Source: Leucoraja erinacea (Eukaryota). From it: 64,000 bases of DNA. Each line of letters opens with the position of its first letter. Position 1 is the stretch's first letter. The DNA lies in contig NC_073383.1 in the NCBI RefSeq assembly GCF_028641065.1, positions 21,700,001 to 21,764,000 on the forward strand. Direction: 5' to 3'. Below are positions 10,326 to 24,600 of this stretch, in pieces. Below the pieces are notes generated by a model, which worked only from the letters and a program-made list of their open reading frames with translations, did not search any database and had not been told where the DNA came from. Position numbers and translations under genes: made by a program.

Positions 10326-13175
10326 GGTAAGAGTGGAAAATAAGACCGGCTTTCTCAACGATTCTGAAATATAGTACATGAAGGTGTAGGTAAATTTCCT
10401 CTGCCTTTTATAGGTCATATCATGTCGGGGTGGGTATTGAGGAAGTGGTTTTATCAAGTAAGAAATGTAGGGACTACAAAATATTCTTCTCTTGGTGTGT
10501 GGCTGTTTCATGGAGCAGAAAGGAACATTTGAGTCGAGTCCTGCTAGCAAATGTATGCAGTCGAGTAATAAACGACAAATCAATTAATCTTCCGAGCTCT
10601 GACAAAGATCGCAAGACTCTTCCTTATAGAATAATGGACAGAAGCTGTGGTCAAAGCAGGACCCTGGACAGTTGGAGTTGGCAAACGCAAAAAGGAGAAT
10701 TACTTGCAGACACACTCTGGATTTTACCATGAATATAAACTAGCATTGTAAACAGTTCTAGCTTTACTTTCATTTTCCCCTTTGGGCCATTAGAAATTGT
10801 TTTAATCGTGCAATTTGTTCGGTGTCTGCACAGCCTCAACAAGCACCATTCAATTTTCCCATCTGGAGCAGCGCACCATGTTTACAAACAACTTCCGTTC
10901 ATTTGTTATTCGTTGCATTCATAAACACCCACAAGCCATTTCTTTAAATCTTCCTGAAGTAATATCTCGGAGACCCTCTCTGAATACAGCTGTCGCCATT
11001 TACCAACTTTCCACATTTTGTAACAATATTTGTAAATTATTTGCCACTTCATCCTCCAGGCTGCGGATTATTCTGCAATACATTATTGGCGAATTAGTAA
11101 GCACAATATTTGTTATATTTTCCCCCGCTCGCATTCACATAATATTTCATGCTCCAAAAATCGGTCGAAATGCACCATTACATTTCTGTGTGTTATCCCA
11201 GTGAATTCGTATCGGTTTTCGGGAATAAGTAGAGTGAGTGGGTGACTTTACTCCCTTCTGCTAGAAAGACAACATTTGGCATTTTTTGACGTGTGGGTGG
11301 CTTAATAAGAAAACAAGGCTGAAGGATCCCTTTCCAGCGTTGGCGTTAATGATGACCAACAGCCGCCGAGGAGCTGTTTATTGTGCATTACAATCTGCAT
11401 TGTACCCACATCCAGCATTAGCTTTGTCATTAGACGTGTTATAATGAAATAAATTAAACGAGGTAAATTAAATTAAGAGAGGATTTAAAGTCCTGTAGTG
11501 GCTTTATTGCAATATTCTACACAAGATTGTTAGTTGCTGTCATTCCCCAAAGCGCTGGCGATTTCGAAGCTGGAAGGTAAACAGTTTATTTGCACCTTAA
11601 AATAGGGACATGCACTTTTTCACTGCCTGGGGGATATCTTTGTTGCTGAAGGGATTACAACGGCCCTGCTGAGCTTGTGAACAAGATGGCGGTGTATGGG
11701 TTGGGGTTGCGGGTGTGGACAGAGACGGCAGTCAGCGGCCGGGAGCCCCTACGGTTCCCACGGCACTCGCTGCCCAGCTCAGCACTGGGCCAACTAAACC
11801 GGGTAGCATCGGATGTAGCAGACAGCCACCGCCGCCTCCCTAACACAGTCACATTCTGCACATTAATTCTCTGGAAATGCGGGGTCCACTTGAATTGCAG
11901 TGAAATTAACTTTATCTTTAAATCTATATCAATGGAAATATTTAATGTGGCACAAACGATTGATATTTAGGAAAAGTAAAACAAGGGATAATAGACAGTC
12001 TTCATCAATATATCATTAAGGATATTATTTTTCGCTCTAGTTACATTCTACTGCTGTTTTGTCACATTTTTCTCCTCCTTTCTTCCATTATTTCTATGTC
12101 CACGTTGTATTTTCTGTGTCCGTCTCTTAATGTTTCTTTTGAATGCAGCAGCATTACATTTCTGAGTGAAACAAAAAGTCATATTTGCCCATGATGTCGC
12201 TTTTGAACATGATAGTCTATTTTTTTTTTTAAATCCCAAAAGCACAGGGGAAGCAGCACGGCACAAACAGCTCAGATCCCAACCTTTGACTGTAGTCCGC
12301 TTGTGGTGTGTGATTTGGAAGTACGGAGACAAGATGGCGAGGTGGTGTAGTGCAATCATAAATGAGGGCTACATGTTTGTTCAAAGAACACCGTTTTATT
12401 CTAAATATCTGTTGAAATAGTACCAGACAATTGAAATAAAGTATTCTTATAGAAATGTGTTGTCTATCCTGTAGTGTCACATTTTCTCTGATTTACTACA
12501 GTCATAACTCACAATTTGCTTTCAGAGATAATCCTTACATAATCTACAAACACCAGCCACTGATACAACTGCTCAAGAAACTATCCTCTGATCTAGTTTT
12601 AACCCAGGTTTACTAAAGAGGAGAAATATGATTGTAACAGACATGGATCAAACAGGTCAAAGTCAGATTGTATAAGCTCTATAAATTTCACATAAATACA
12701 TTAAGTCAAGGATAAATAAGTCATAGAAAAATCTTTTTTTTTGATATTGACTTTAAATAATAAATACATATTGATGACGTTGAATGTAGTTTGTTCATTA
12801 CTGAAAAGTACATAGCTGAAGTTCAGGGCAATAAGACCAGTTACAGACAAAATACCACCAAAGTGGACTGTATAGAATACCAGTCTTTAAAATTCACATT
12901 AAGAAGGGTTTGCTGAAGACTGACTTGGTATGTCTTACCTTCATAAGCACCTATTTCAAGCAATTGTTCCTCTATTTGCATTCTGTATTATGCTAGGATC
13001 TTATTGAAAGGGATGGCTGATGTGTAGACCCTTAAATAAACACAGAAAAGCAAGGTGGTGGATAGAAAATGAATGATTGACAAATACTGTGGCAGTCTCA
13101 TAGCAGGAGAATATCTGATACAAATGAGGTAATAAAAAAGCGAAGTACCATCGCTTGGCAGACCGTACTAGTCCG

Positions 13176-13924
13176 TTACAGATGCGTTAATTTGGGTGCT
13201 TCTTGAATTCTTCCCTGAGCTGTGTGATGAGTAGTCAGATCCGTGTAGGTGGGATGAGGATCGCATGGTCCATGGTGGTGATTGCCTGCTATTTGAGCAG
13301 CACAGTTATAGTCCACAGTGGCTGATGAAGGATGAGGAAGATGGCTAAGGTTGAACATTGGCCCAGAAGCTGGCATTGAATCAACAAAGTTTCCTCCTAC
13401 ATACACAGGGCTGCCTTGCAAATTATGGTTGGCAAAGCTACCATTGCCCTGTATAGTATGATGGTCATACTCTGTGCCTGGGTACCTTTTCTGCTGGGGT
13501 AAGCAGCTATTGAGAGGAGCTGTGTAAGCAGCCAAGCCATACATATTTTGCTGAGATTTGGTGAATGATGTTGGAGAATGAGTTTCATAATTTAAACTGT
13601 TGACAGTGGTGAGCTGGTTTGAGAATCCAATATTATTTGGAGCATTTAAAAGAGGACTTCTGTCTGGAGACTGTCCAATGGGTGAGTGCATGATCCCTTT
13701 GGCCTTTTGATCTTTTTTATACTTCATTCTTCGGTTCTGGAACCAAATCTTTATCTGACGTTCAGTTAGATTTAATAAATTTGCCATTTCAACTCGGCGA
13801 GGGCGACACAAGTAACGATTAAAATGAAACTCCTTTTCCAGTTCCACCAATTGTGCACTGGTGTAGGCGGTACGGACTCGCTTGGAAGCTGGACCCGGTG
13901 GGCTTTTATCCTCACAATTGTCTC
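13176..13924 (-). CDS. hoxd3: HoxD3 homeobox exon
   Basis: [61 protein letters not shown] and C-terminal [10 protein letters not shown]; acceptor cctgtag|GA at 13925/13924. Spliced CDS is 410 aa. Confidence 0.95.
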
Positions 13925-14034
13925 CTACAGGATGAAAATATATTAATAACTCTACATAAATATACGTACATGCATTTTCCATTGAGAACTTTATTGGAAT
14001 TATTTTGCACTGAATGATATATCCTTTATCCTGT

Positions 14035-14345
14035 ATCTATACACAGTTTTCATTGACTGGGTAGCATGCAAGAAAAAACCTTTCCACTGTACCTCATTAC
14101 ACCAACCAATAATAAATTAAACTAAACTAAAACAAAATAAAGCAAAGTAAAGTAAACTAAACTAAGAACTCTGCAATATAGTTGCTCTAACTTGAAACTA
14201 ATATGGTCAAGGGGAAAAAAACTGGGCTTGTACTTCGGTAAAGGTAGCAATAATAAACTAAACTAAACTAAACTAAAGTAACTTAAATGATAAACTCTAC
14301 AATATGGTTTTTCCAACTTTAAACTAATATATTCAGAACAAAACT
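14035..14345. repeat. Retroposon-like tail with (AAACT)n and a degenerate tandem duplication (unit about 125-140 bp) in the HoxD3 intron
   Basis: tgtac...caataataaa(aaact)n at 14088 and 14229; aactct.caatat.gtt...aaactaatat at 14167 and 14293. Confidence 0.65.
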
Positions 14346-14716
14346 TGTCTTTTCCCCTCTAAACTACTCCACTTTGCCAGAGTAGACTATCTAGCAGTAT
14401 AATAATGACCTCACATAATAAATATAGTAATTTGCAACAGTCCTAGAGTATTCCATAAATGTGAATAACTTTGGACTATCTTGGGCCCAGTGCAGAGAGT
14501 GCATTCTGTAAATGCAAATTGTTTAGCTTCACTAATATTTGCACCAAATTCCAAATGCAATTTTGGGAGATTCTTCCAGTAATGTCTTGAAAATGTCAAA
14601 ATATGACTTTTTTACAAGAATTAATCTTTATGAGAATAGGCACTTTAGAAAATACCATGAATATTGCTGAATAAGACTACCATATTGTTCAAGCTTGCAT
14701 TTATTATGTCTGAAAA

Positions 14717-14797
14717 TAGACACAAAAAGCTGGAGTAACTCAGCCGGACAGGCAGCAACTCTGGAGAGAAGAAATGGGTTGAGACCTTTCTTCAGAT
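14717..14797. mobile_element. Short interspersed-repeat fragment in the HoxD3 intron
   Basis: agacacaaaaagctggagtaactcagc...aggcagca..tctggagagaag resembles a high-copy skate/ray repeat (recall); related copy at about 2665-2758. Confidence 0.65.
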
Positions 14798-15629
14798 AAC
14801 TGGGGTTAACTAATTAATCCATTCCAAAAAAAAAATATGTAGAGAAATGAAAGGCCCTTTTTATGGATAGTTTGGTTAGTAAAAGTTAGTTGCAATTGCA
14901 AGTATGATGTAATGATGCAATGACCAGTAGTCAAGATGTGTATTTTATTTTATTCTATATATCAAACAATATATAATTATTGTCATTTAAAGCACAGTGA
15001 TACCAAATGAGGCTTCTCATTAGAATCTAATTAGGATAAGAAGTATATTATCCAGTGCAAGCATATATTTGACTCTGGCTAGGTCAAATGCTTTCAACCT
15101 TCTGAATTTTCAGCCATTCTAAATCAGCGTAAATATAAGATGTTAACATTTGTTCAAATTGATGGAGATATAAAACTAATAAAAGTCCCATCCTTCCATT
15201 TATATATTTTGTTAGAGGAATTATTTGAGCCATTTCCAAGCATTACACAAAGTAGAATGTCACCATGCAATGTTTGACAACAAAACTGAAACATTTACAT
15301 GTTCTTGTAAGTTCCTGCCAATCTACATTCTCAGTTAATTATATCAGCAAATGCTATTTATTCAACTGGATCTTAGTTTGAGTCCATCATTACTGAAATA
15401 AATAGATTATTAAATACAAAAAATATGCTCAACGTTGATAAAAAACGGGATGATTCTTTTACCCTTTTCAACAATTGCTTGCAACATGGAAGGAAAATGC
15501 TCTCACCTCCATGTGACATTTTTGGCAAGCTACTCCCACCCAAGTGTGACATTCTTTGATAAACCTCCCCGTTTTTAAGAAGCTTCATGCAGATTAGAGC
15601 TGAGAAAAGCACAAACAGCTGAAAGATAC

Positions 15630-16113
15630 CTGCAACTGTGCAGTTGTTTTTCTGCTTGGTATTTTGACGAGATTCTTTCATCCATGGGAAGATTTGCTTG
15701 GTCAGGGTAGCAGGCGGACCGCTGGAAGAATTTGGAATGGACTTGGTTCTTTTCTGAGTCGCAGTGTTGCTTCCATTTGGCGAGGGTGGCAAAGGAGGAG
15801 GTTGTTGTGGCTCACTAATGCTTGGAAGTTGGGCAGTGCCTTGATTGCTACTTGTTCTCATACAACTGCCATTGATATCAGTGGACTTATGGGTTGGGGC
15901 TCTGGCACTGGATGTCTGAACTGGGCATGTTGAGTTCTGATAATCACCATCAACCGATGGTGGTGGGTAGGTTTGATGACCAGAGCTGTAGTTGTATGTA
16001 TTTGATTTTTGGTAAGAGTAACCACTAAATATTCCAGAGTTGTCATAATAAGTTGTTTTTTGCATCTCGCTATTTTGAAATGACAGGGTCTTGACACCCT
16101 TATCGAATAGCAT
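15630..16113 (-). CDS. hoxd3: HoxD3 first coding exon
   Basis: [25 protein letters not shown] parallels the human HOXD3 extension MLFEQGQQALELPECTMQKAAYYEN (second ATG at 16065); hexapeptide IFPWMKE; donor GCAG|gtatct (phase 1). Confidence 0.93.
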
Positions 16114-18679
16114 TGACACCTTTGATCACACGGCACGTTTACCACAATCGACAGAATGCAACGTTCCTGGATGGTGTGAAACAAAACATAATAAAAATGA
16201 AACATCAGAATCATAGTTTATTCAATGCATAAACTAAAATAAAATATCTCATAAATAACATTTAGCATTACTGCCATTAACAGACTTGTTAATTTCCTCT
16301 CCTACAACTTTAAGAATTATTATTTCATGGGGCAATTAGTAAGTTGGCGAAATCCAAAGTACTTTATTTGACAATTTCACAGAAATCATCATAATTTTCT
16401 AATGGATTAAAGAGTTGGTGCTTTCCTGTGTTGGAAGCAGTTAGTTTCAATTTTGTATATAGCTCTTAGTGATAATTTACACCAGCCATATAAAATGCTT
16501 ATAATTCAAATTATATATAAATTATTACTATTGCATTCCACTTCTTCAGCTATCAATTGTTATTATTTGAATTACACTGCATTATCCAATTACAACAATC
16601 CACCACAGACAAATTACCCTTTCATAAGGGCAGTTCATTTTCATTCATTTTCATTCATTTACCAAATAATATTATAAAGGAATGTTAAGAAAACTGATGA
16701 GCTCTGCCATCTGAAACGCATCACATCATGAAGAAACCAACCAAAAAACAAACGGTCTGCTATTTTCCTATTGAATATCCCCATAGTGAATGGAAGGCTA
16801 GATATGCCCCTGTCATGCTTGATATGACTGGATTTCGGTAGGACACACAGTGCTATTCCAGTTGACTTCACTGATTGAGGCCATTTTTATAATGGTGAGA
16901 AACAAAAAGGCCCCTCTTAAAAAGAGCGAAAAAACCACAGTCACAGGCGAGTTATTTGCCTGCAGCATTTGCTGTGGGTACAGACCGTTTTATTCTGTGG
17001 CCCGGACGCTGTAACGCACGACATGATGGATCGGACCAGTTCCAAAACCTGAAAAACCAGCGAAGTGTCCCCTCACCATTGTTGCCTTCTTTTTCTTCAA
17101 CGTAAGAAAGGTTTGTTTTAAGCGATTTTTTTTCTTTCTGCTACACGTTTTGCTTTATGACAGGGATAGGCATTGTAGTTAAAGTATAACTAGCATCTAT
17201 TCAAACTCTTTGTTCTAATTAAAACAGAGAAACAACTAAGTCAGCATTTCACAATTGCACTCTGCTGTTTCCAGCATCTGTCTATGAAATAATATACTAT
17301 TGGATAAACTTATACTAACATATAGAAAAATAGATAAAAACATAAGCGCGCAAAACTGAAAGAGCAAAATCAGCGAATGACTGACTGTATTTTATAACAT
17401 TAAACATCATCTTTAAAGTCAACAGACGGTTTATGATACTGGAACTGATTGCAGACAAAGGTTAGACTTTTGAAACTGGCTAAATAAACAATATTACAGA
17501 TAAAGAAACTGAAAGATCATAATTTATAATGTTAATTTTAAATATATATTTATACATATACTTTCTCTCGATCCTAGTGCCAATGAAACAAACATTGTTT
17601 AGTTATTTGTAACGGCATCAGTAAGCTAATTATATTTAATTTATCGCAAATTCTTGGCAAAAGCCCTTTTGCACGAAATTAACCTAAGGTAGTAAGAAAA
17701 CCTCCCAAAAGGCCGGTGAGTGAGTGAACTGGGCGGTGGGGGCGTGGGGGGCGTACGGGGAGGTAATGGTGGAGTGTTGGGCGGTTGGTTGTTGTGGTCA
17801 GCAATAAAATCAAGCCCCTTAGATTGAGGCGAATGGCTAGTTCCCGGTTAGACCGCCGTAAGTTATGTATTAAATTAAAAAGTTATAGGTGTGATCAGAA
17901 TTAGATCGTCACAAATCACATTAAAACAAATCGCAGTGAAATGCATAAAGTTGAAACATAACACGATTATGAGTGATCTGGGATTTAAGTTTTGAATATA
18001 ACACTTAGTCTATAAAACTATTTAAATAAAACATTGTTGTATAAATCGTCACAAATATTGGACGTATGACTTATCTGGCTACTATATCACGTCACAAATA
18101 GATTTTCTATTCATTTGGAGAAAAAAAAGCCTTCAGCCATACAAGACCTGACATTATAATGAAATATGAGGTTTATGATCCGCGGCCTCCAATGTAGAAA
18201 CTCGGCACACGTGCACACATCTATGCTGTTCTTTTTAAAAAAGCAATTCATTTTTCCCCTCTTTCCTGATCTGCGTTGCCCGTTTACATATACTTTATTG
18301 TATTCTGTTACCCAGCTTTCCCGTGGTATCCATGCTCGCCATTTTAGCTTCATACATTTGGCATTAGATTTCTGCCCTTTGTTTGGCTTTTTAATCTGAA
18401 ATCTAATTACATTTCTATTTGCCCCACCCCGTCTCCCCATCTAATCAGCGTTATGTGTGTGAGATAAGAAGGTAATACTGTTTACTCCCATGGGCTCTGA
18501 ACCTTCGCCACCACAACCGGCAACGTTTGTAGTTCATTTGGAAGTACTATCTTCAGAAAATCAAAACTAGCATTAATATAAAGGCAATGTGGGGCAGGGG
18601 AGGGGGATGTGGGGGGGGGGGGGTGGGAGGGGGGGCGGTGGTGAAGCTGCAAATCTGGCTCAGATATACCAACTGCTTG

Positions 18680-18696
18680 TGAACTCTGCTTGAACC
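18680..18696 (-). promoter_or_regulatory. DR5 retinoic-acid response element upstream of HoxD3
   Basis: Minus strand GGTTCA agcag AGTTCA, the Hox3-type RARE, with a Pbx/Hox site TGATTTATGG about 20 bp away. Confidence 0.85.
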
Positions 18697-21600
18697 TAAA
18701 TCGCAGCCACGGGCCATAAATCACTTGGACAATGGTCAACTGTTTCTGCGTTCATCTTTCAGATCTTTCTTACCTTACATGTTTTCCAAATGCAAGGGTG
18801 CATCACCTAATACAAGGCTTTGATAAGCAACACCTTGGTATGGACCATCACTTTATTTCGCTGCATTCATAGATACATGGTCTACAATCGTGGAACCCGT
18901 GGCAGAAAATATAAAGTAGCAATTTATTAAATCTGTCTTTTGTTGACATAAGTGTAAAATGTTAGTTAAGAAAACTGGAAAAGCGAAGGAGGGAATAGTG
19001 CTGTTCCAGTAACGGGTGGAGGCCAATGAGCTACATTTCCATTCCCCATTGTCGAAAATCTCAAGTCCCATGTGGAGGGCGGTGTCACATTTAACTTTTG
19101 TGACTCGATACGCAAGAAAACATCAAAATCACGCCATTTGTCACGTTTTTTTCCAATCTGTAGCCGATGTGCTCTAACCAACAATGTAATCGTTATGTGC
19201 TTACGATCGGGCATCTGATCAGCAGTTTTATCAACCAAACTACAAGCAAATACTAATTTCCCGTCTATTTTAACTTTTGTCGCTCTATTTCTCAATAGAG
19301 CACAGAGTATCCTAAGAATGTCAAAGCTATGTCATAAGGGTGGGCAATTTAATGTTATTAAGAAGGCAGAGTTCTCACAGTGCATATCAAAGCACCTGTC
19401 AATATGTGCTACGCAACATTTATGGCAGCGTGTTACATAGCCGTAAACTCTTCATTCCACATTCCACAAGGGGGGGGGGGGGGGGGGGGACACTTTCCAA
19501 AGAGTTGGTATCTTCAGAAGTGTAAAGTAGATAGAGCGTAGGAGGAAAGACCAGAAAAAGAATGTCCATACTCCGCAAGTTTCTTACCTACGAGGCGTTT
19601 CGCAAGTTCTTGCAGGATTTTATATAAGGCATTGAAAGTGCTCCAGGAATTTTAAATACGTTGTTGGTGACAAACTTTTCACATGTAGCAGAATCGCGTG
19701 GTTGGAGCTGGAGGATCTGAAACTTGTCTTTGATAAATGCAAGCTGGGAGCACATTTGAAATCAAATACTTGATTTCAGGTATGAAGTCAGAAAAAAAGG
19801 GGGAAATTGAAAACCAATTTGTTTTTGTTTTGTAATACATAGTGACTAGCGGGCGCATTCAGTGTAAACTGTGTGGTGAGTTTAACCGTAGCTTTTATAC
19901 AAATTACTTAATCGTTGGGATATGTTTTGTTAAAATTCCTACGAAAATATGTATTGCCTTCAGCTATTACTCGCTGGAAGGTGATTATTTTTGGAATGTA
20001 ACGACATTGATTGTGTCTACATTCTGCGGGTCATTTCTGACAAGGCATTCGGCTGGATAGGCAGGCAAATCTGCCCATATTTCAAGTTGAATCACGCAAT
20101 CCCCAACAAATCCGCGGTTAGTCCCTGAAGCGTCCACATTTAAAAACTTATATTTAAATTGAAATGATTTGCTTAGTCTACCCATGACACTGGTACAGCA
20201 ACTTAGACAGTTAGAAAGATTACATTAAACAACCCTATAACCCGATTCCCCCTTCAACTTATCTTTATAACGTTTTTTTCCTACGTTGTTTTTTGTCGGT
20301 AAACACATCTACAATAGACTGCCAAGATTACATGAATCATGTGGCCCTTTTATCAAAACTACATCATGGTCTGATTTTATGAGGCCACCGTGTAATTTCA
20401 TTGAATTGTAAACTAGGTATTTCGGGTAACCAAGAATGACAAGAGATGTAAAAGCACAGAAGCTGATAAAAGCTGCGCTGCAATTTTAATTTTAACGAGA
20501 AAGATTAAGCAGCGGTGTTGCTATAGAACCGGACCTATAGTAACGGGAGTGGGAGCGTGGGGGAGCAACATCACAGTTCGAACGAATCACTTTCCAAGAC
20601 TTCATAAATCTCTCTACTAGATAGCTATTGCAGGCTTAACGGAACGGGCTCAGGTTTAAAGACTGACTACAAACATCGCTCATTCTGTGCATTAAGAATA
20701 GCAGTGAGGTGGTGAGCTAAACAAATGTTCATTTTGCTCTTATTTTCAATCCATTAACTCAAGTGTGGGCCTACATGATCTACATTTTAAAAGTATCAAT
20801 AGATGCAAGCCAACTTTGAGAATTAAGCATTATGTTTCCTGTACAAAGTAGAAACAGTTTCATAGCGGGCAACTGCTGAAGAGACCTACAAAGAGAATTC
20901 AGAGTTCGCGTCCCTGCCTGTTCAACGTGTTTCGTTGCCGTTTTATGTTTTTTTTTACTGGCCATGGCATAAAATTACGAATCACGAACTAGTTCTCCAT
21001 TGGCAAATCTCAGTTACACACAGAACCCAAAGCAGGACCGATGCAGTGTTGTTCAAAGCGTAAAAAAGCAAAAATCGAACAACTCACCACACTCAATGTT
21101 TCTATCTGTTTTTCTTTGTATTGAATTTGGAATTTGTCCTGATTGACCACAGGCCGCTGGCTTTGTTCTGAAAGAAAATGTAATTACAGGTTTTTTTTTT
21201 CAAATGCATTAATAATATTTTTGTATATCACATATATTTCAGGCCACCTCCCCGGATACTATCAAAGAACACAACAATCAGCAGGTTGCGAAGACTTTAA
21301 TAAAATGGATGTTTTATTAAGAAGACATTAAGAAGACATAAAACAATGTTTTTTGTGGGCTTTTATAAAATAACGAATGCGTTTGATTGGCTTTTAAACG
21401 AAAGCAGAAATAAACTAAGCATCAGCTTTTTTCCTTCAGAAATTATAAACAGAGTGTTATTGGTTGCATTGTTGTGATAAATGACCGCGAGTCACGTTTT
21501 CGATGATTTTGTTTTGAAAAGTCAAAGAACGAGTTTAGCGAGATTTGGTGACAGTAAATATTAGAATCCCATTTTTTTTTGAAGGCGGTGATATTTGACA

Positions 21601-24600
21601 AATACTGCTTCATAAGGATCTTAATACCACAACCTATACTTTAAGACAAGCTGTGTCCCTAATTCAAATTGTTATTGCAGAATGGTAAATCTATGGATAG
21701 CATTGAGCATTTCAGGTCCAACTGTCAATTACAGAATCAGCATTGTGCCTGAAGGGTGAATGTGTACACTTTACGAGAACAAATCTATCTGTAGTGGCCC
21801 TTTAATAGAAGCTGGGCCTGAACAACGCACGGAATAAAAATCTCCAATTTGTATCGTGTGATCTTTCAGCTTCGTCTAACCTACACCGACCTGACGATAT
21901 CAGCATGCCTCTGTTAGATATTTATTTCTATTCCGTTCATGTTTAGCTATGTGTATTTACTGAGGAGGGGGCGGGAGGGGGGGGACTGCCGCTGTAGTCG
22001 AACATTTTAACATAAACGCACAAAACAATACAAATATGGAGGATTGCAAGAAGGAGCCTGGCGCCATATATAAAACTCATGAATAATGTATCATATTGAC
22101 AGACGGTTATGCTTTGTCATTGGGATACCAAACATCACGTACGTATTATTTTATATCGATTGGGCATATTCATAATATAGCCAAGAAACAGCTTGGTTAT
22201 ACAAAAAGTCACTAAAATGCATTAACAGTGCACTCCTGGAGCTTCCAAATAGACTCCAAATTCCAGTGAAAGAGGCAGAGAGAACATACGCCGCTGAAGT
22301 CGTGCAAAAATTGTACCACTCAATTTTATATCAATTTAAAATGCATGCTTTAATCTAGAACTAAATTTAAGAAAAAAAAACAGCAACTGTGGCAGATCAA
22401 ATGCATAAAGAAATCCCAGTCATTAGCTGACAAAATGTAAGAGTCATAAGCCTTTGAAATGACCTTTGGCATGTACAGCAATAACTCACCGCTTAATGAA
22501 CAACCAACGGAAGCGCCTCCACTAGCTCACAATACAGCCCATCACACAACTTCACCATGGTTTCTCTATCCCTCCTTAATCCTACTAAGACGCAGCACCT
22601 TACAAACTAGCCTCACCAACTTGTGTCGATATAATTTGAAGTTAGAAGAGGATCCAAATCACAGTCGCCAAGGCATTAGGTCCTGGGTCCAATGCCTCCC
22701 ACCATAATGTGTGTAATGTATTCACGTGGCCACACGTCAATTTATAAGCTTTTATTTCTCTGTAATGACTGGAAGTAAGTATTTGCAGAGTAAACTCGCC
22801 ACTTTACAAGGAACCAGTGAGCTGCTCAAACTTTAAACTATTGGTTACTTTCAGATGGTTTTGAGAAATGTGCTGGAGCGAGGTCTGTACGGTAAGTTTT
22901 TAATCATCTTGCTTACTAATTTGGCAGAAGTGCGAGCGAGCTCTTCTATTACGGCCCTAGAACCTTAAAGGCAATCGAATCGTGTAAATGACGTTGGTGG
23001 AAAGAATACTAACAGAAAAGTTTTGAAAACTTTCTCTCACTTTACTAAATTGCCAGACTAGGTTTGCAGCGGGGGATAAAAGTTGAAAATAGTGATGTGC
23101 TTATTAGTTGTACTGCTCACCAGAACATAATGTAGCCGAGTGTAGTTCTAAATCCAAAGCAGTTACTGTACTGGGGTCTGAAAAAGTTTTCGACTTTATT
23201 CAGAGATGAAAAGGTGAAGGGTAGACTATCAGACAGACGTTGATATTTACCATGGCGAGAGCTGAGGAGAGGTTTATTGAAATTTTAGGTGAAGTTATAA
23301 GTGAGTGGCCCCATCGAGCAAAATGAAATGCTACTCACAGTAATTGGATTTAGCTGACTAACATGGCAGTCCGGCAGCTTCCAGGCATGCAGCAATGAAA
23401 AATGTTCCAGTCAAAAGTTTTTTTNNNNNNNNNNNNNNNNNNNNNNNNNNNNNNNNNNNNNNNNNNNNNNNNNNNNNNNNNNNNNNNNNNNNNNNNNNNN
23501 NNNNNNNNNNNNNNNNNNNNNNNNNNNNNNNNNNNNNNNNNNNNNNNNNNNNNNNNNNNNNNNNNNNNNNNNNNNNNNNNNNNNNNNNNNNNNNNNNNNN
23601 NNNNNNNNNNNNNNNNNNNNNNNNNNNNNNNNNNNNNNNNNNNNNNACAGACACCCACCCACACACACATAAACACACGCACACACACCCACCCACAACG
23701 AATAAAACACAGTACCACACACCCACCNNNNNNNNNNNNNNNNNNNNNNNNNNNNNNNNNNNNNNNNNNNNNNNNNNNNNNNNNNNNNNNNNNNNNNNNN
23801 NNNNNNNNNNNNNNNNNNNNNNNNNNNNNNNNNNNNNNNNNNNNNNNNNNNNNNNNNNNNNNNNNNNNNNNNNNNNNNNNNNNNNNNNNNNNNNNNNNNN
23901 NNNNNNNNNNNNNNNNNNNNNNNTACCTGTGAATATTCTGAGAAAATGTCCCAAACAGATACACACAAATAGATACACATAAACACATTGACGTAAGAAA
24001 ATAATGGACCTCCATTCACAATAACTATTAATACAACAGTAATTTTAATGCGCGCTTTTGAGGAGAAACTTCAAACACCTTTGACCGTACGTTACATCCA
24101 CATTAAAAAAAACATCTTGCGTGCCATAATTATATTAAGGAATCATGTATAAACGTGGAAAATACAATGCATTCAATATTTTAAGACTGGGAAGTAACAC
24201 AGCTGAATTCTACATAATATTTAACAACTGTAAGTGAATGCGTTTCTAGAACTGGAAGGAAAAACTACATTAACATTTAACATTTAATTACAATGAAATG
24301 AACGTCTAATCAGCAACAAATGGGGTCAAAACAGGACTGTTTTGTCTTTTTCAAGAATTGGCCAAAAATAAAGTGTTTAATTACAAAAATATTGAATGTA
24401 ATGAATTACAGAGACTATCCTCTGGCAGGACCGTAATAAGTTAAAAATAATACTCGATCTCTTGTACTTAATAAAATGTGAAATACTGTTATACCAAGTT
24501 CTTCGAAATTCACAAATTGTTTTCCTTGAACGACAATAACCTTAATTGAGAAATAATTTATACAGGCTGCTGCAATAACTTTACCCCGCAATATATTTGT

